Sequence record: CP071152.1
Origin: a plasmid
DNA length: 64,000 bases
Direction: 5' to 3' (one strand)
The position numbers and the translations under genes were made by a program. The notes under the pieces are model-generated. The model was not told where the DNA came from, made no database searches, and saw only the letters and a list, made by a program, of their open reading frames with translations. How positions within the stretch are numbered: the first letter of the stretch is position 1; each line of letters starts with the position of its first letter. Below are positions 29,802 through 38,866 of this stretch, piece after piece.

Positions 29802-30457
29802 GAGCGAGCAACGAATTTAAACCGGATGCCGGTATGGCTGTGCTCAATCTCAACGCCAAGAGCTGGATGGTGAGCCGATTTGTCTCGGGTAGCTTCCAGA
29901 AAACGCATTATGCGTTCCTGCGTGTCGGCACCCTGTTGCGCATGACGGCATCAGACCCGGCCAACCAGAAGAAGATTCTCGACTGGCTGGACTTTCTCTT
30001 CAAGAACGCCAACGACAGCGTAGAAGCAGATCGCGCTTCGCTCAAAGTGTTGTCCAAATCCCCAGATATTGAGGGGCTGGATATTGTTTTCAGTGAACGA
30101 GACGATGTGTTTAAGTTTTATATCAACCATCCGAAGATGGTGCGTTTCGTCAAACTCATCCCAACCATCGACGATTTGGCACTCGAAACTGATCGTCTAT
30201 GGTATGCAGGGGTTGTCCCAGATGAGCAGCGAGAAATGACGTTCAAGAAGTTGATGTATCCCATCAATGCCATCACTGAACATTTTAATTACGTCACCAA
30301 CGTAGCGCGGCGGCAGGGCCAGCCCTACTCAGCCGAATTGTTCCTGACTCTGCTTTCTGAACAAGCGACGATGCGCGATTTCATCATGCACCATTTTAGT
30401 GATGAAGATACCAAGCTCTTTGCTACCACGGTGAAGAGCATTGCCGGAATAGTGTAA
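29672..30457 (+). CDS. Conserved hypothetical protein immediately upstream of traI (ICE/plasmid backbone gene); the start is uncertain (29672 or 29834)
   Basis: An AGGAAG RBS lies 5 nt before ATG 29672 but creates a 130-bp out-of-frame overlap with the upstream ORF. The alternative ATG 29834 has no RBS. A hairpin plus T8 terminator follows at 30476..30505. Confidence 0.45.
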   Translation: MATEQQQQSANKLNGAANTGRSGENIAARPAAGAVSKPAGRYVRASNEFKPDAGMAVLNLNAKSWMVSRFVSGSFQKTHYAFLRVGTLLRMTASDPANQKKILDWLDFLFKNANDSVEADRASLKVLSKSPDIEGLDIVFSERDDVFKFYINHPKMVRFVKLIPTIDDLALETDRLWYAGVVPDEQREMTFKKLMYPINAITEHFNYVTNVARRQGQPYSAELFLTLLSEQATMRDFIMHHFSDEDTKLFATTVKSIAGIV

Positions 30458-30515
30458 TGTTGAAAGTTTTCTGTGTGGGGCTATTGGGGTAGCCCCATTT
30501 TTTTTGAGGTGGCCC

Positions 30516-33416
30516 ATGAAGGAATTGGCATTTAAACTCGTAGCCAAATGTATTAGGTTATTTCCGAAATCGAAAAAGGTAACCCGTAGCGATCTGCTCA
30601 CGGAGGTGAAAACAGTCTCCGGTAAGACGGTCGTCCCGAACGGCGTATATTATTCCCCGATGCCAATCATTGGGATCCAGCTGTTATCCATCGACGATGT
30701 TCTCGCCCCGCACGCGAAGACCATTAACGACATCGTTAAACGCTCTGGGCTATCGGACGGACACCCGCAATTCAATCCAAACAAACTTATTCACGGGGTT
30801 ATTTGGCGTACCGCTGAATATGTTCATTTGCTGCCTGCCAGCGAAGACTACCACCACATCGAAGCAGGCGGACTACTGTCGCATAGCCTGGAAGTTGCGA
30901 AGACGGCGCTGGGAGCTGCCTACAACACCGACCTCCCTGCAAAGACGCATTCCGATCTTGAAACCATCCGACGCTCTCGCTATTTCTACGCCGTGTTCAT
31001 CGCCGCCCTCCTCCACGACATCGGCAAAGTCTTCATGGACGTTCGCGTATACAGCGTCGACAACGGCAACCTGATGTGGGAGCCGCGCCTGGAGTCTTTA
31101 ACGGCCTGGGCGCTCAAGCACGGGGTTAACAGCTATCGGGTAGAGTACCGGCCAGGCCGAGCCAAGAGCCACGAGCGGGCCGCAAACTACGTGTTAAGCG
31201 CCGTGCTGACCAACGAAGCCAAGGAATACCTGCTCGCCTGCAAGACCGACGACATGTTCACGGAAATCGACGAGGCAATCAGCCATTACGCCGAGCGAGA
31301 CAGCTACATCGCTCAAGCACTGCGACAGGGCGATAGCTACTCGACGTTGCAGGACATCAAGGGCCGCCACTCACGCGATACGGGCCGCCGCAACTACTCC
31401 CTCGCAACTCATTTCATCCATGCCTGCCAACGCTTAACGCCGAATTGGAAGATCAACCAGCGCAGCGGGATGGTGTGGACGATTGGCGGGGATGCGTATT
31501 TGGCCTTCCCGAATGCCCTCAACACGATCATGCAGGACATCGCGGTGCATGGCGTGAAGGCACCCAAGGATGTCCATGAGGTCTACAACCTGCTCGTTGA
31601 GCAGCACATCGTAGAGGCTACCGACAGCACGACCCGTTGCTCGTTTTGGATGCCTGGGGAGTACACCACTGAGCAGGCCTTCACAGCGCAAGAGAACATC
31701 GCGATCAAGCGCGTGGGTCAAGACTGGATTGCCGTTGTAAAGCTCAAGTCCGTCCATTACGCCTTCGGATCTGGCGTGATGCCGGAGTCCAGACCTGGAG
31801 TGCTGTTGTTGAGTCGAGAAGGCAACATGCTGCACTTCGAAAAGGGCAAGCTTTACCAGCCGACTGCACACACCGCTAAGGAGATGCAGGCGAGGGTCAA
31901 GCAGCGCGAAGAGAAAGCGAAGGAGGAAGAGGCCAAGCTGGAGCGGTTGAAAGTCGAGCGTGAAGAACAAGCGATCAAGGAGGCCAGGGAGAAGGCCGAA
32001 GCGCAGGTTGCGCTGGAGCGACAGCAACGGGCGGCAGCGGCAGCCAATGAGCAGGTCGAGACACCGGCAGAACAACCCCCCATCGCTACAGAACCACCAG
32101 GAGCCCAACCCGCTACTGCCGAATCAAGCGAAGAGGCTCAGGTGGAGGCCGAAGTGCCATGCGACCCGCGAGAGCCAACAGAAGACGACGCTATGGCCCA
32201 TGGTGATGCGCAGGAGAGCGTTCTGGCTGGCGCGAGTACCAATGCAGCCACTTTGGTAGCCGATGCAGCACAGGGCGTTACAGGGGGCGAAAATGAAAGT
32301 GCCACGGTGGTGAGTGACAGTGCCGTTGAAGTCGCCAGCGTTGAAACCACCGCTGACTCTGTCGAGACGCCAGCAATCGACCAGCAACGCCAGGACACCA
32401 GCAGCGGAGTGCAGGCGGTAACACCGGGAGGCAACGCTTTTAGCGGCGGGCCAAATCGTCTCAGGAACAAGCACGTGCCGCCGGTAGCAGCTCCAGCAGT
32501 GCAACCACAACCTGATACCACAAGCGAAAGCCGTCAGCAGCCCAACTCACCGCAATGGTCAATGTCAAAACGGCAGAGACGTTTAACGGAGGCACAGACC
32601 GCACCAGCACCACATCAGGCTCCCGAATCTGTACGTGATGAAGCTCAGTCGAACACAGGCGAAACGGAAAAAGCGACAGCATGGATCGAGTGGGTGGGCA
32701 ACCAGCGCGGTGAGGGGAAGGTACTCTACCACCAGGTAGAGGGCGCAACGTATCTTCGTCTTACGCCGTTGAGCCAGCAGTTGATGCAAAGCCCGGATGC
32801 CGTACTGCAAACGTTGAATCTGGCCGGGACGCTGGCACGGTCTCAAGACAAGGCAGGCTTGCCCGTCGTCGTCCAGCACGAGGTAGCCGAAGGGGTGTTT
32901 GAAGCGCACTGCAAGTTGAGTGCAAGCGGAGAAGCGATTCTCAATAAATCAACTGGGAAAGTGTGGGGTGGCGACGAGTTTAAGGGCGTGTTCTGGCGCT
33001 CAGAGCGAGACGCAGAACGTGCGAGAAAGACCGAAACCCCGCTTACCGAGATGGATGCCTCGACTCCTGACACCGCAACGGCCATGCCTACCCAGCAAGA
33101 GGGGGATCCGGCCCCTCAACAGTTGGATACCCATGACCACGAGCAGATAAACCTTGAGGCACTGGGTTCGGCATTAGACTCCTCGAACCATCGCTTATCT
33201 GAAATCCTTCGCGTTCATGACGTTCTCAAACACAGGAAAACCCATCGAGACAACAAAAAGGCCACTGTGATCCTTGACGACAACTCCACAGCATACGAAG
33301 CAGCGTTTTTTGAGGCCTGTGCCGATGGTGTCGTTTCCTGCCACATGAAGGAACTCAAAAGCTTCCAACGAAAAATCGAGGGCACCTTGTACTACGTTGT
33401 TCCGCCAGAGTTTTAA
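30516..33416 (+). CDS. traI: MOBH-type conjugative relaxase TraI with an HD phosphohydrolase domain (970 aa)
   Basis: HD-domain signature HHIEAGGLLSHSLEV ... LLHDIGK. Charged coiled-coil and low-complexity regions lie in the C-terminal half. Alternative TTG start at 30504. Confidence 0.7.
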   Translation: MKELAFKLVAKCIRLFPKSKKVTRSDLLTEVKTVSGKTVVPNGVYYSPMPIIGIQLLSIDDVLAPHAKTINDIVKRSGLSDGHPQFNPNKLIHGVIWRTAEYVHLLPASEDYHHIEAGGLLSHSLEVAKTALGAAYNTDLPAKTHSDLETIRRSRYFYAVFIAALLHDIGKVFMDVRVYSVDNGNLMWEPRLESLTAWALKHGVNSYRVEYRPGRAKSHERAANYVLSAVLTNEAKEYLLACKTDDMFTEIDEAISHYAERDSYIAQALRQGDSYSTLQDIKGRHSRDTGRRNYSLATHFIHACQRLTPNWKINQRSGMVWTIGGDAYLAFPNALNTIMQDIAVHGVKAPKDVHEVYNLLVEQHIVEATDSTTRCSFWMPGEYTTEQAFTAQENIAIKRVGQDWIAVVKLKSVHYAFGSGVMPESRPGVLLLSREGNMLHFEKGKLYQPTAHTAKEMQARVKQREEKAKEEEAKLERLKVEREEQAIKEAREKAEAQVALERQQRAAAAANEQVETPAEQPPIATEPPGAQPATAESSEEAQVEAEVPCDPREPTEDDAMAHGDAQESVLAGASTNAATLVADAAQGVTGGENESATVVSDSAVEVASVETTADSVETPAIDQQRQDTSSGVQAVTPGGNAFSGGPNRLRNKHVPPVAAPAVQPQPDTTSESRQQPNSPQWSMSKRQRRLTEAQTAPAPHQAPESVRDEAQSNTGETEKATAWIEWVGNQRGEGKVLYHQVEGATYLRLTPLSQQLMQSPDAVLQTLNLAGTLARSQDKAGLPVVVQHEVAEGVFEAHCKLSASGEAILNKSTGKVWGGDEFKGVFWRSERDAERARKTETPLTEMDASTPDTATAMPTQQEGDPAPQQLDTHDHEQINLEALGSALDSSNHRLSEILRVHDVLKHRKTHRDNKKATVILDDNSTAYEAAFFEACADGVVSCHMKELKSFQRKIEGTLYYVVPPEF

Positions 33417-33523
33417 TCAATTACCCACAGATTCCGGCATGAGTTGTCCAGCGTTTCTGTGGATAACATTCCACCACCTACCAACCAACTACAGGGCCCC
33501 TGACGGGGCCTTGTGCATTGTGG

Positions 33524-33690
33524 CGCGAGCCACGCGGCCAACGGACGCGCATCAGTGCTGGCGAGTCTCCGAGCCACGCGGCCAACGGACGCGCATCAGT
33601 GCTGGCGAGTCTCCGAGCCACGCGGCCAACGGACGCGCATCAGTGTTGGCGAGTCTCCGAGCCACGCGGCCAACGGACGCGCATCAGTCG
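33524..33690. repeat. 44-bp tandem direct repeat, about 3.7 copies
   Basis: The unit GAGCCACGCGGCCAACGGACGCGCATCAGTGCTGGCGAGTCTCC repeats at about 33524, 33568, 33612 (one mismatch) and 33656 (partial). Confidence 0.85.
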
Positions 33691-33779
33691 GCTAGCCCCC
33701 CGAGTCACATGGCAAAGAACACCAGTTGCAGGCTGCCCTAGCGTCCCTCGGGGACAACACAAAACCCATGCCGCTCATC

Positions 33780-34750
33780 GCCGACAGTTCTGGAGTTGCA
33801 GCCAGGCAGATCCCGGGCTCTTGGCCGAACCTGAGATGTCCTTGATGGAAAATGTGGGTCTTGAGCAACCTCGCCGAAGGGTGCGGAGGCCTGCGTTGAT
33901 TACCAGGTACGAATGACCAGCAGTGGATGTCCCTCGTGGAGATGCTGAACATATTCGTTGTGAAGCCCTCATCACCTCCAGTCCCCTCCTGTTCTCTCAT
34001 CCTGTGTCAGCCCCTCCCGTGGCCAGCATTGCCGATCGGACATCTGAATTTGGTGCGCTCCTTCGTGGACTGTGACATGCCGCATCTCTTGGGACGCGAC
34101 GCCTGTGGCCAGCGTTTTGTGGTTGGGGTACCAGGTTCCCCAGGGCAGATGTCCTTCATGCAGTGCGAGGTGTCAGTTTCAGCCGCGTCGCCCAGAGGAG
34201 CACCCGGGTGGCCAGCGTCGTCGACCTGGGATCATGGATCAGCCCAGCGGGTGGTTGTCCTTGGTGTACTGAGGGTCGGTTCACCTGGCCGGTGTTCCAG
34301 TGGCCAGCGATGCCGCGTTCCCGGAGCTCATGACCGGGCACTGTGTCCTTGTCCTTCGAGGAGTGTGTGCGGCACCTATCCCCCCATGACGCCGATCGGC
34401 ACGCCAGTGGCCAGCGTCGTCGACCGGGGATCAGATCGCCTCAATGCAGGTGGCGGTAGATGGAGGACAGGGAGGCTCCCGCGACTGCGTCGCACGCCTC
34501 CAGTCACGCCAGTCAGCGGTGTCTCACCCTGGTATCTCGGTACTCCTCGGTACGACGTTGTCCTTGGTGGAGCTGGTGGCGCTATGCCTGGCCGGAGCTG
34601 GAGTGGCCACGACGGATGTCGTTCCTGGAGCTGGCGTTCAGCCGGATTGTGTTGATGTCCTTGAGGGAGTGCAGCCTCCCCCACTCCGCCGGTGTGAAGC
34701 CGACCTCGCCGAGCCGTGAGACCAGGACAGCTGGAGAACGAGCGAGGGGA
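33780..34750. repeat. Array of about 10 degenerate ~100-bp GC-rich tandem units; no convincing coding frame
   Basis: GTGGCCAGCG anchors recur at 34021, 34098, 34204, 34292 and 34399. GWTGTCCYTSRTGG motifs recur at 33838, 33927, 34150, 34252, 34345, 34556 and 34657. Period is 77-107 bp. Confidence 0.7.
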
Positions 34751-35041
34751 TCCTGACTTCCACCGAGGACTTTGACGTTGGCAAAGGCGACCTGGTCCGG
34801 CTGAGGAGATGCAGCACGCTGGGTGTCGCAGTGGAGTAGGTCGAGCCCCCTTATCCGGTGAGCATCATTGGGGTCGGTATCTGTTACGCAGCCATTCCAA
34901 GAATCGACGGGGCGATAACGCGAGGATGGAGAAAGAGATGGTAGAAAACCAAAGAGATTATTAAATGCTTGAGACTATCCCATGGGGATTATATATTGCA
35001 TTTATCAAATGACCGCACATGACCGCCACTTGGAGATAGCC

Positions 35042-35338
35042 ATGACCACAATGCCCACAATGGAAAAAAAGGCTCTGCTTGATGCTCTTTTAACCACGAA
35101 TATGTCCCCACTCACTACCTTTCGCTTCGTGGAGTTGTTAAACGAGATGGAGGCTTGCCAGTCCGAGCAATCGGCGTGGAAACTTCGCTATGAGTTGCTG
35201 GGCATGTGCAGCGTGCTGTGCTCTGAGGAAGTGATCTCCGACGATGAGCTGACGATGCTAAACGATGCCATAAGCCTCTTCTGGAAACCCCAGGCCCGCG
35301 CATTTACTCTAGCCCGACTGAGCGCCCTTGAAGCCTAA
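35042..35338 (+). CDS. Hypothetical small protein (98 aa)
   Basis: A GGAGA RBS lies 8 nt before ATG 35042. It is the first gene of a three-gene plus-strand cluster. Confidence 0.4.
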   Translation: MTTMPTMEKKALLDALLTTNMSPLTTFRFVELLNEMEACQSEQSAWKLRYELLGMCSVLCSEEVISDDELTMLNDAISLFWKPQARAFTLARLSALEA

Positions 35339-35351
35339 GAGAGAGGTAGTC

Positions 35352-35621
35352 ATGCGTAAGAAAGACGTATCGCTGAAACCCAACGCGATTGTGACCCCCT
35401 GCCCGCAGTGCGGTAACAACACCGACTTTCGGGTTGTCGCTGAGCGGGTGGCTGTGGATGGCTGCGAGGTCTATGTGGAATGTTGCTGTGGCTTCGACCC
35501 GACAGCGGAGAACACAGACTATCGGTTAGAGGACGCCATGGGCTATGTGGATCTGGGCAACATCCAGCAAGCGTTGCGGTGCTGGAACGAGGCCCTGGCG
35601 CATACCGTCGTCATCCACTGA
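35352..35621 (+). CDS. Small zinc-ribbon-like protein (89 aa; CPQC ... CCC)
   Basis: A GAGAGG RBS lies before ATG 35352. Cysteine pairs CPQCGNN and EVYVECCCGF are present. Confidence 0.45.
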   Translation: MRKKDVSLKPNAIVTPCPQCGNNTDFRVVAERVAVDGCEVYVECCCGFDPTAENTDYRLEDAMGYVDLGNIQQALRCWNEALAHTVVIH

Positions 35622-35793
35622 GTAGAACCCGCCCTCTCCCTCTCCCTCCCCTCACACTTATCCTGTGCTTGTCCCACCACCGGCGTGATCTCTTTGCTGG
35701 TGATGGGTTGAGCACGCTCATGTGCCTGTTAGTGCCAGACCTTCTCATCCTGACCCGCCTCGTGCCACACTGAGTCCCCTCACACTGCTGGAG

Positions 35794-36281
35794 ATGGCTA
35801 TGAGTGCAAGGTTGGAGTTTGAGATTATCGAAAACGAAGGCAGGTTTGTGTTTCCTGCGGCAGCTGAGCAACCCTACCGATCGCTGCTCGATTCATTGGT
35901 GAGTGAGTCCACCACGGACAACGAGTTCGTCTGGTCTCTCCAAGCACTGCACCGGGAAGAGCCGCAAAACCTTGGCGTGATCGCCTCTCTGGCCGCGCAC
36001 TACGCTTCCGACGAGCCGGAGACTGCCCTGGAGTACGCCGAGAAGGGTCTGGCCCTCGCCGCTGCCCTCAACCCACCGACTTCACAGGCACCATGGACTG
36101 GAGGGAGGAATCCAACCACACCTACTTCGCGCTGCTGCACAGCGCCATAGTGGCCAACATGTTCATGGGGGACAACGACGAGGCATGGCGGCTGATCAAT
36201 CACTCGTTCACCCTCAACCCGCGCGATCACCTAAGCGTGCGCTTGTTTCGCGACCAGTTGCCCGCGTATGTCGCTCATTGA
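35794..36281 (+). pseudogene. TPR-like helical protein split by a frameshift near 36090
   Basis: ORFs 35722..36150 and 36093..36281 are adjacent in different frames. Their N- and C-terminal parts read like one about 160-aa protein. Confidence 0.4.
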
Positions 36282-36425
36282 GCGAGCGAAGCCCTTGGAC
36301 CGGCAGGCGGGTATTAGCGTCGTGCCAGTCTTTTCCCTTTCTCGGGTTGTTTAATGCCTGTCTTGCTCGCCGGAAGGGAATTGCGCTGCTCTGGGTAGCG
36401 AGGTGCAAGGTCTGGGGATCAGCTC

Positions 36426-37676
36426 TCATCCGTTCGGCTCGCAATGCTCACACCACCAACCTCGAACCCCCTTCCCCTTGTCACCACCGCAGTGCGGACA
36501 ATCGTTACTGCGGTCACGCGGGGGATCGGGGTCTTCTGCCCAATCGGTCCAGTGCCTACTGGCATAGCGAGCCTGCCCATACTGATAACGGCTGGTGGCA
36601 ACCGACGCGGGCTTGGGACTACGCGACTGCACGCAGAGCTCGCGGTAGCAGAAACCCTGTTCATCGAGGCCGCTGTTGTTGGGGGGAAGCCGACAGTAGC
36701 GGCAGTATCCCAAGGACATTGATCCCTGTGGTTGGGGCGTGACAGTGGGTGCGGCGTCCGGCGGCGGCGCTCTATCCATGATAGATTGTTCGCGCTCTTC
36801 ACGCAGCAGGGCCTCTTCCTTCATGCGCTGGAGTTCTACTGGATCCCGCGCCCGCCGTTCACGTTCCAGTCGCTCTTGCTTCTGCTTCTTTCGCCAAGCC
36901 CAAATCCGATCTTGTTTAGCGCGTTCTTCCCGCTGCCGCGCCTCCAACTCCTGTTGCCACTGTGCCTGACGCTCAGCTTGACGCTCTGCCTCCTGCTGCT
37001 CACGGGCCAGCTTCTCGGCCTGCCACTGAGCCAATTTGTGCTGATCGTGGGGATGATATATCCAGGAAAGGCAACTGCTTTGCTGCGACAGGAGGGTGAA
37101 CACCCAGGAGATGGTATCCATGCCTTCCGGGCGCTCATCGGAGTTGAGGTGCCACGCGAACTCGGCGTAATCCACGGCCAGCACACCACAGCCGGGGTGC
37201 TGGGCGACGAACTGATCTAGCCAGTGTGGGGTCAGGGGATCCTCCACTGCCGGGAAGTGCAGGGCAAGATGATGTTTTGGACTATTCACCACCTGGAAGA
37301 GACCGGCTGCGGTACCTTGGCTGGTGGCTTGAGGAACATGGCGGACAATGATACCCGAGCGTCGTTCTGAAACCTGCCTGCGCTCGTTGCCAAACGGGAG
37401 GGTGCGGGATGGCGTGCTGATGGAGGTCAGGGTATCGAGCCGGGAGAGCAGCATCAGCCGGACGCTGGTCTCGAAGGCCAGCTTACAATCCTTGCCGCTA
37501 TCATCGTGATGAGCAAAATAGTGAGTTCTCTTCTCCCCCTTCCTCGCAACCAGAAGGGCATTGCAGCTCGGGCAGCGACATCCACAACGGAGTCCGCGAT
37601 CGACTTCATCTACCGAGACAATGGCCCCTGTGCTTACCTGGATGGCGAAGGGGATTTTTACACCTGAATCGAACAT
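36426..37676 (-). CDS. CoiA-like zinc-finger protein with a long charged coiled coil and a Cys-rich C-terminus (416 aa)
   Basis: The N-terminus RGLRCGCRCPSCNALLVARKGEKRTHYFAHH matches the C-x-C ... HFAH pattern of competence-protein CoiA-like nucleases. The middle ER/EQ-rich stretch is a coiled coil. The C-terminus carries CxxC ... CPHCGG ... CEHC. Confidence 0.45.
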   Translation of the reverse strand: MFDSGVKIPFAIQVSTGAIVSVDEVDRGLRCGCRCPSCNALLVARKGEKRTHYFAHHDDSGKDCKLAFETSVRLMLLSRLDTLTSISTPSRTLPFGNERRQVSERRSGIIVRHVPQATSQGTAAGLFQVVNSPKHHLALHFPAVEDPLTPHWLDQFVAQHPGCGVLAVDYAEFAWHLNSDERPEGMDTISWVFTLLSQQSSCLSWIYHPHDQHKLAQWQAEKLAREQQEAERQAERQAQWQQELEARQREERAKQDRIWAWRKKQKQERLERERRARDPVELQRMKEEALLREEREQSIMDRAPPPDAAPTVTPQPQGSMSLGYCRYCRLPPNNSGLDEQGFCYRELCVQSRSPKPASVATSRYQYGQARYASRHWTDWAEDPDPPRDRSNDCPHCGGDKGKGVRGWWCEHCEPNG

Positions 37677-37699
37677 CTAGTCCTCGAAGGAGATCCGCA

Positions 37700-38110
37700 C
37701 TACCAATCGGAGTCTAAACCGCCGCCAATACTCCCAGAACCCATGTCTAATGATCCGTCGAAGCTGTTGAAGCTGTCGAACGAACTGCCAGCAGATATAT
37801 CCGCCCAATCGTCGTTGCAGTAACTCTGGATAGGTTCTTCGTGGTTGTCATACAACGGACTCATGGCGTTATCGAACATGTTGTCCCGGTGCATCATCGC
37901 GGCGTCAAAATCATCGTCCATCGAAGTGCGTTCATGCCGTACCTTCTCGTCGAAGAAGTTGGAGAAGTCGTCGTTATTGAGCCAGTCGTTGAGCCATTCT
38001 TCGTCAGTCATGCTGCTGCGCGACTTATTCTCAGCCCTTTGGGCAACCGCTGGTGGGTCGGTGAGCTGGCTGTCTACGAGGGTGTAGGCCTTTGTGAGCA
38101 ACGAGAACAT
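37700..38110 (-). CDS. Highly acidic small protein (136 aa, rich in D, E, S and F); possible DNA-mimic or anti-restriction-like protein
   Basis: A GGAG RBS lies before ATG 38110. The sequence contains DDDFDAAMMHRDNMFDNAMSPLYDNHEEP ... DSFNSFDGSLD. Confidence 0.4.
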   Translation of the reverse strand: MFSLLTKAYTLVDSQLTDPPAVAQRAENKSRSSMTDEEWLNDWLNNDDFSNFFDEKVRHERTSMDDDFDAAMMHRDNMFDNAMSPLYDNHEEPIQSYCNDDWADISAGSSFDSFNSFDGSLDMGSGSIGGGLDSDW

Positions 38111-38132
38111 GGCTGACTCCTTAACTGCTAGA

Positions 38133-38369
38133 TCACACTTCGGTGGAACCAATCCACTCCATACCAAGATAGGCGTCGGCGCAGGCCCGCTCGGGCAAGC
38201 CCAGATGCAGGTCGCAGAGCTGCTGGTGTGTCCAACCGCCTTCCGGTGCCGGGAACTCGATGGGCGGATAATCGGACACCGATTGCACGATGATGCGCAG
38301 GGTTTGGGTGGCCAATGAAGGGGTCAGCAGCTCTGGCTCATTGCCTTGTACGTCGGTGATGAAGTGCAT
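38133..38369 (-). CDS. Hypothetical small protein (78 aa), first gene of the minus-strand cluster
   Basis: The ORF lies directly downstream of the palindromic operator region. Confidence 0.35.
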   Translation of the reverse strand: MHFITDVQGNEPELLTPSLATQTLRIIVQSVSDYPPIEFPAPEGGWTHQQLCDLHLGLPERACADAYLGMEWIGSTEV

Positions 38370-38424
38370 GTTGTACCTCGCGGTTCATGAGCGGGTGGCT
38401 CGCGGCGGAAAAAACAACTTTGAT

Positions 38425-38487
38425 TTATTACACCTGTATTTATTATACTAAACCCTGATGCCGATGCAATTTTTACAGGTGTAATAA
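38425..38487. promoter_or_regulatory. Perfect 14-bp inverted repeat TTATTACACCTGTA-N35-TACAGGTGTAATAA in a divergent promoter region
   Basis: Arms at 38425..38438 and 38474..38487. The right arm abuts the ATG of the RHH gene. Confidence 0.6.
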
Positions 38488-38712
38488 ATGCAAGAATCTG
38501 ACAGCAATCGGAGGCGTGGTGCCCCCCATAAACCCGATGAGATGAAGCGCACGGCCCGGTTGGGCGCGGTCCAGCTCACGGAAGAACAGCTGGCTACCTA
38601 TGAGCTGGTGGCCAAGATGGAAGGCAAGAGTAAGTCGCAGTGGATAAGGGACACTCTGGATGCTCGGTGCGAGCTGGCACTGCTCTTTGCGAAACAGCCC
38701 AAGCCAGAGTGA
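38488..38712 (+). CDS. Ribbon-helix-helix (CopG/Arc-like) small DNA-binding protein
   Basis: 74 aa; KSKSQWIRDTLD is typical of an RHH helix. Confidence 0.45.
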   Translation: MQESDSNRRRGAPHKPDEMKRTARLGAVQLTEEQLATYELVAKMEGKSKSQWIRDTLDARCELALLFAKQPKPE

Positions 38713-38866
38713 ACCCCAGAGCCGTCGCTCCCACGGGCAGGCCACGGGTTCCTTCAAGGACTGGCAGATGAGTAGCCATGTTCGCAGTCTAGCGGCATGG
38801 TCTGACAGGTTGCGGTGTGGGCGAACGCCCTCTGTGCCGGTGAGCAAGATTTGGATTAGGTAACCG

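Noticed and set aside
31434-32521. Minus-strand ORFs of 224, 128 and 127 aa inside traI
   Set aside because: They are antisense to the low-complexity, charged, coiled-coil C-terminal half of the relaxase, where long open antisense frames arise by chance.
33520-34750. Possible CRISPR array
   Set aside because: The periods are 44 bp (no spacers at all) and about 100 bp (degenerate units with no constant repeat and no unique spacers). No cas genes are nearby.
33397-34756. Many overlapping ORFs on both strands through the 44-bp repeat and the ~100-bp array (for example 33927..34655, 242 aa)
   Set aside because: The translations are R/G/P/S/C-rich and repetitive, with no RBS. Every frame is open because of GC bias, so this is best explained as noncoding repeat DNA.
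36732-37361. Plus-strand ORFs antisense to the 416-aa CoiA-like gene
   Set aside because: They are shadow frames within the repetitive coiled-coil-coding region.
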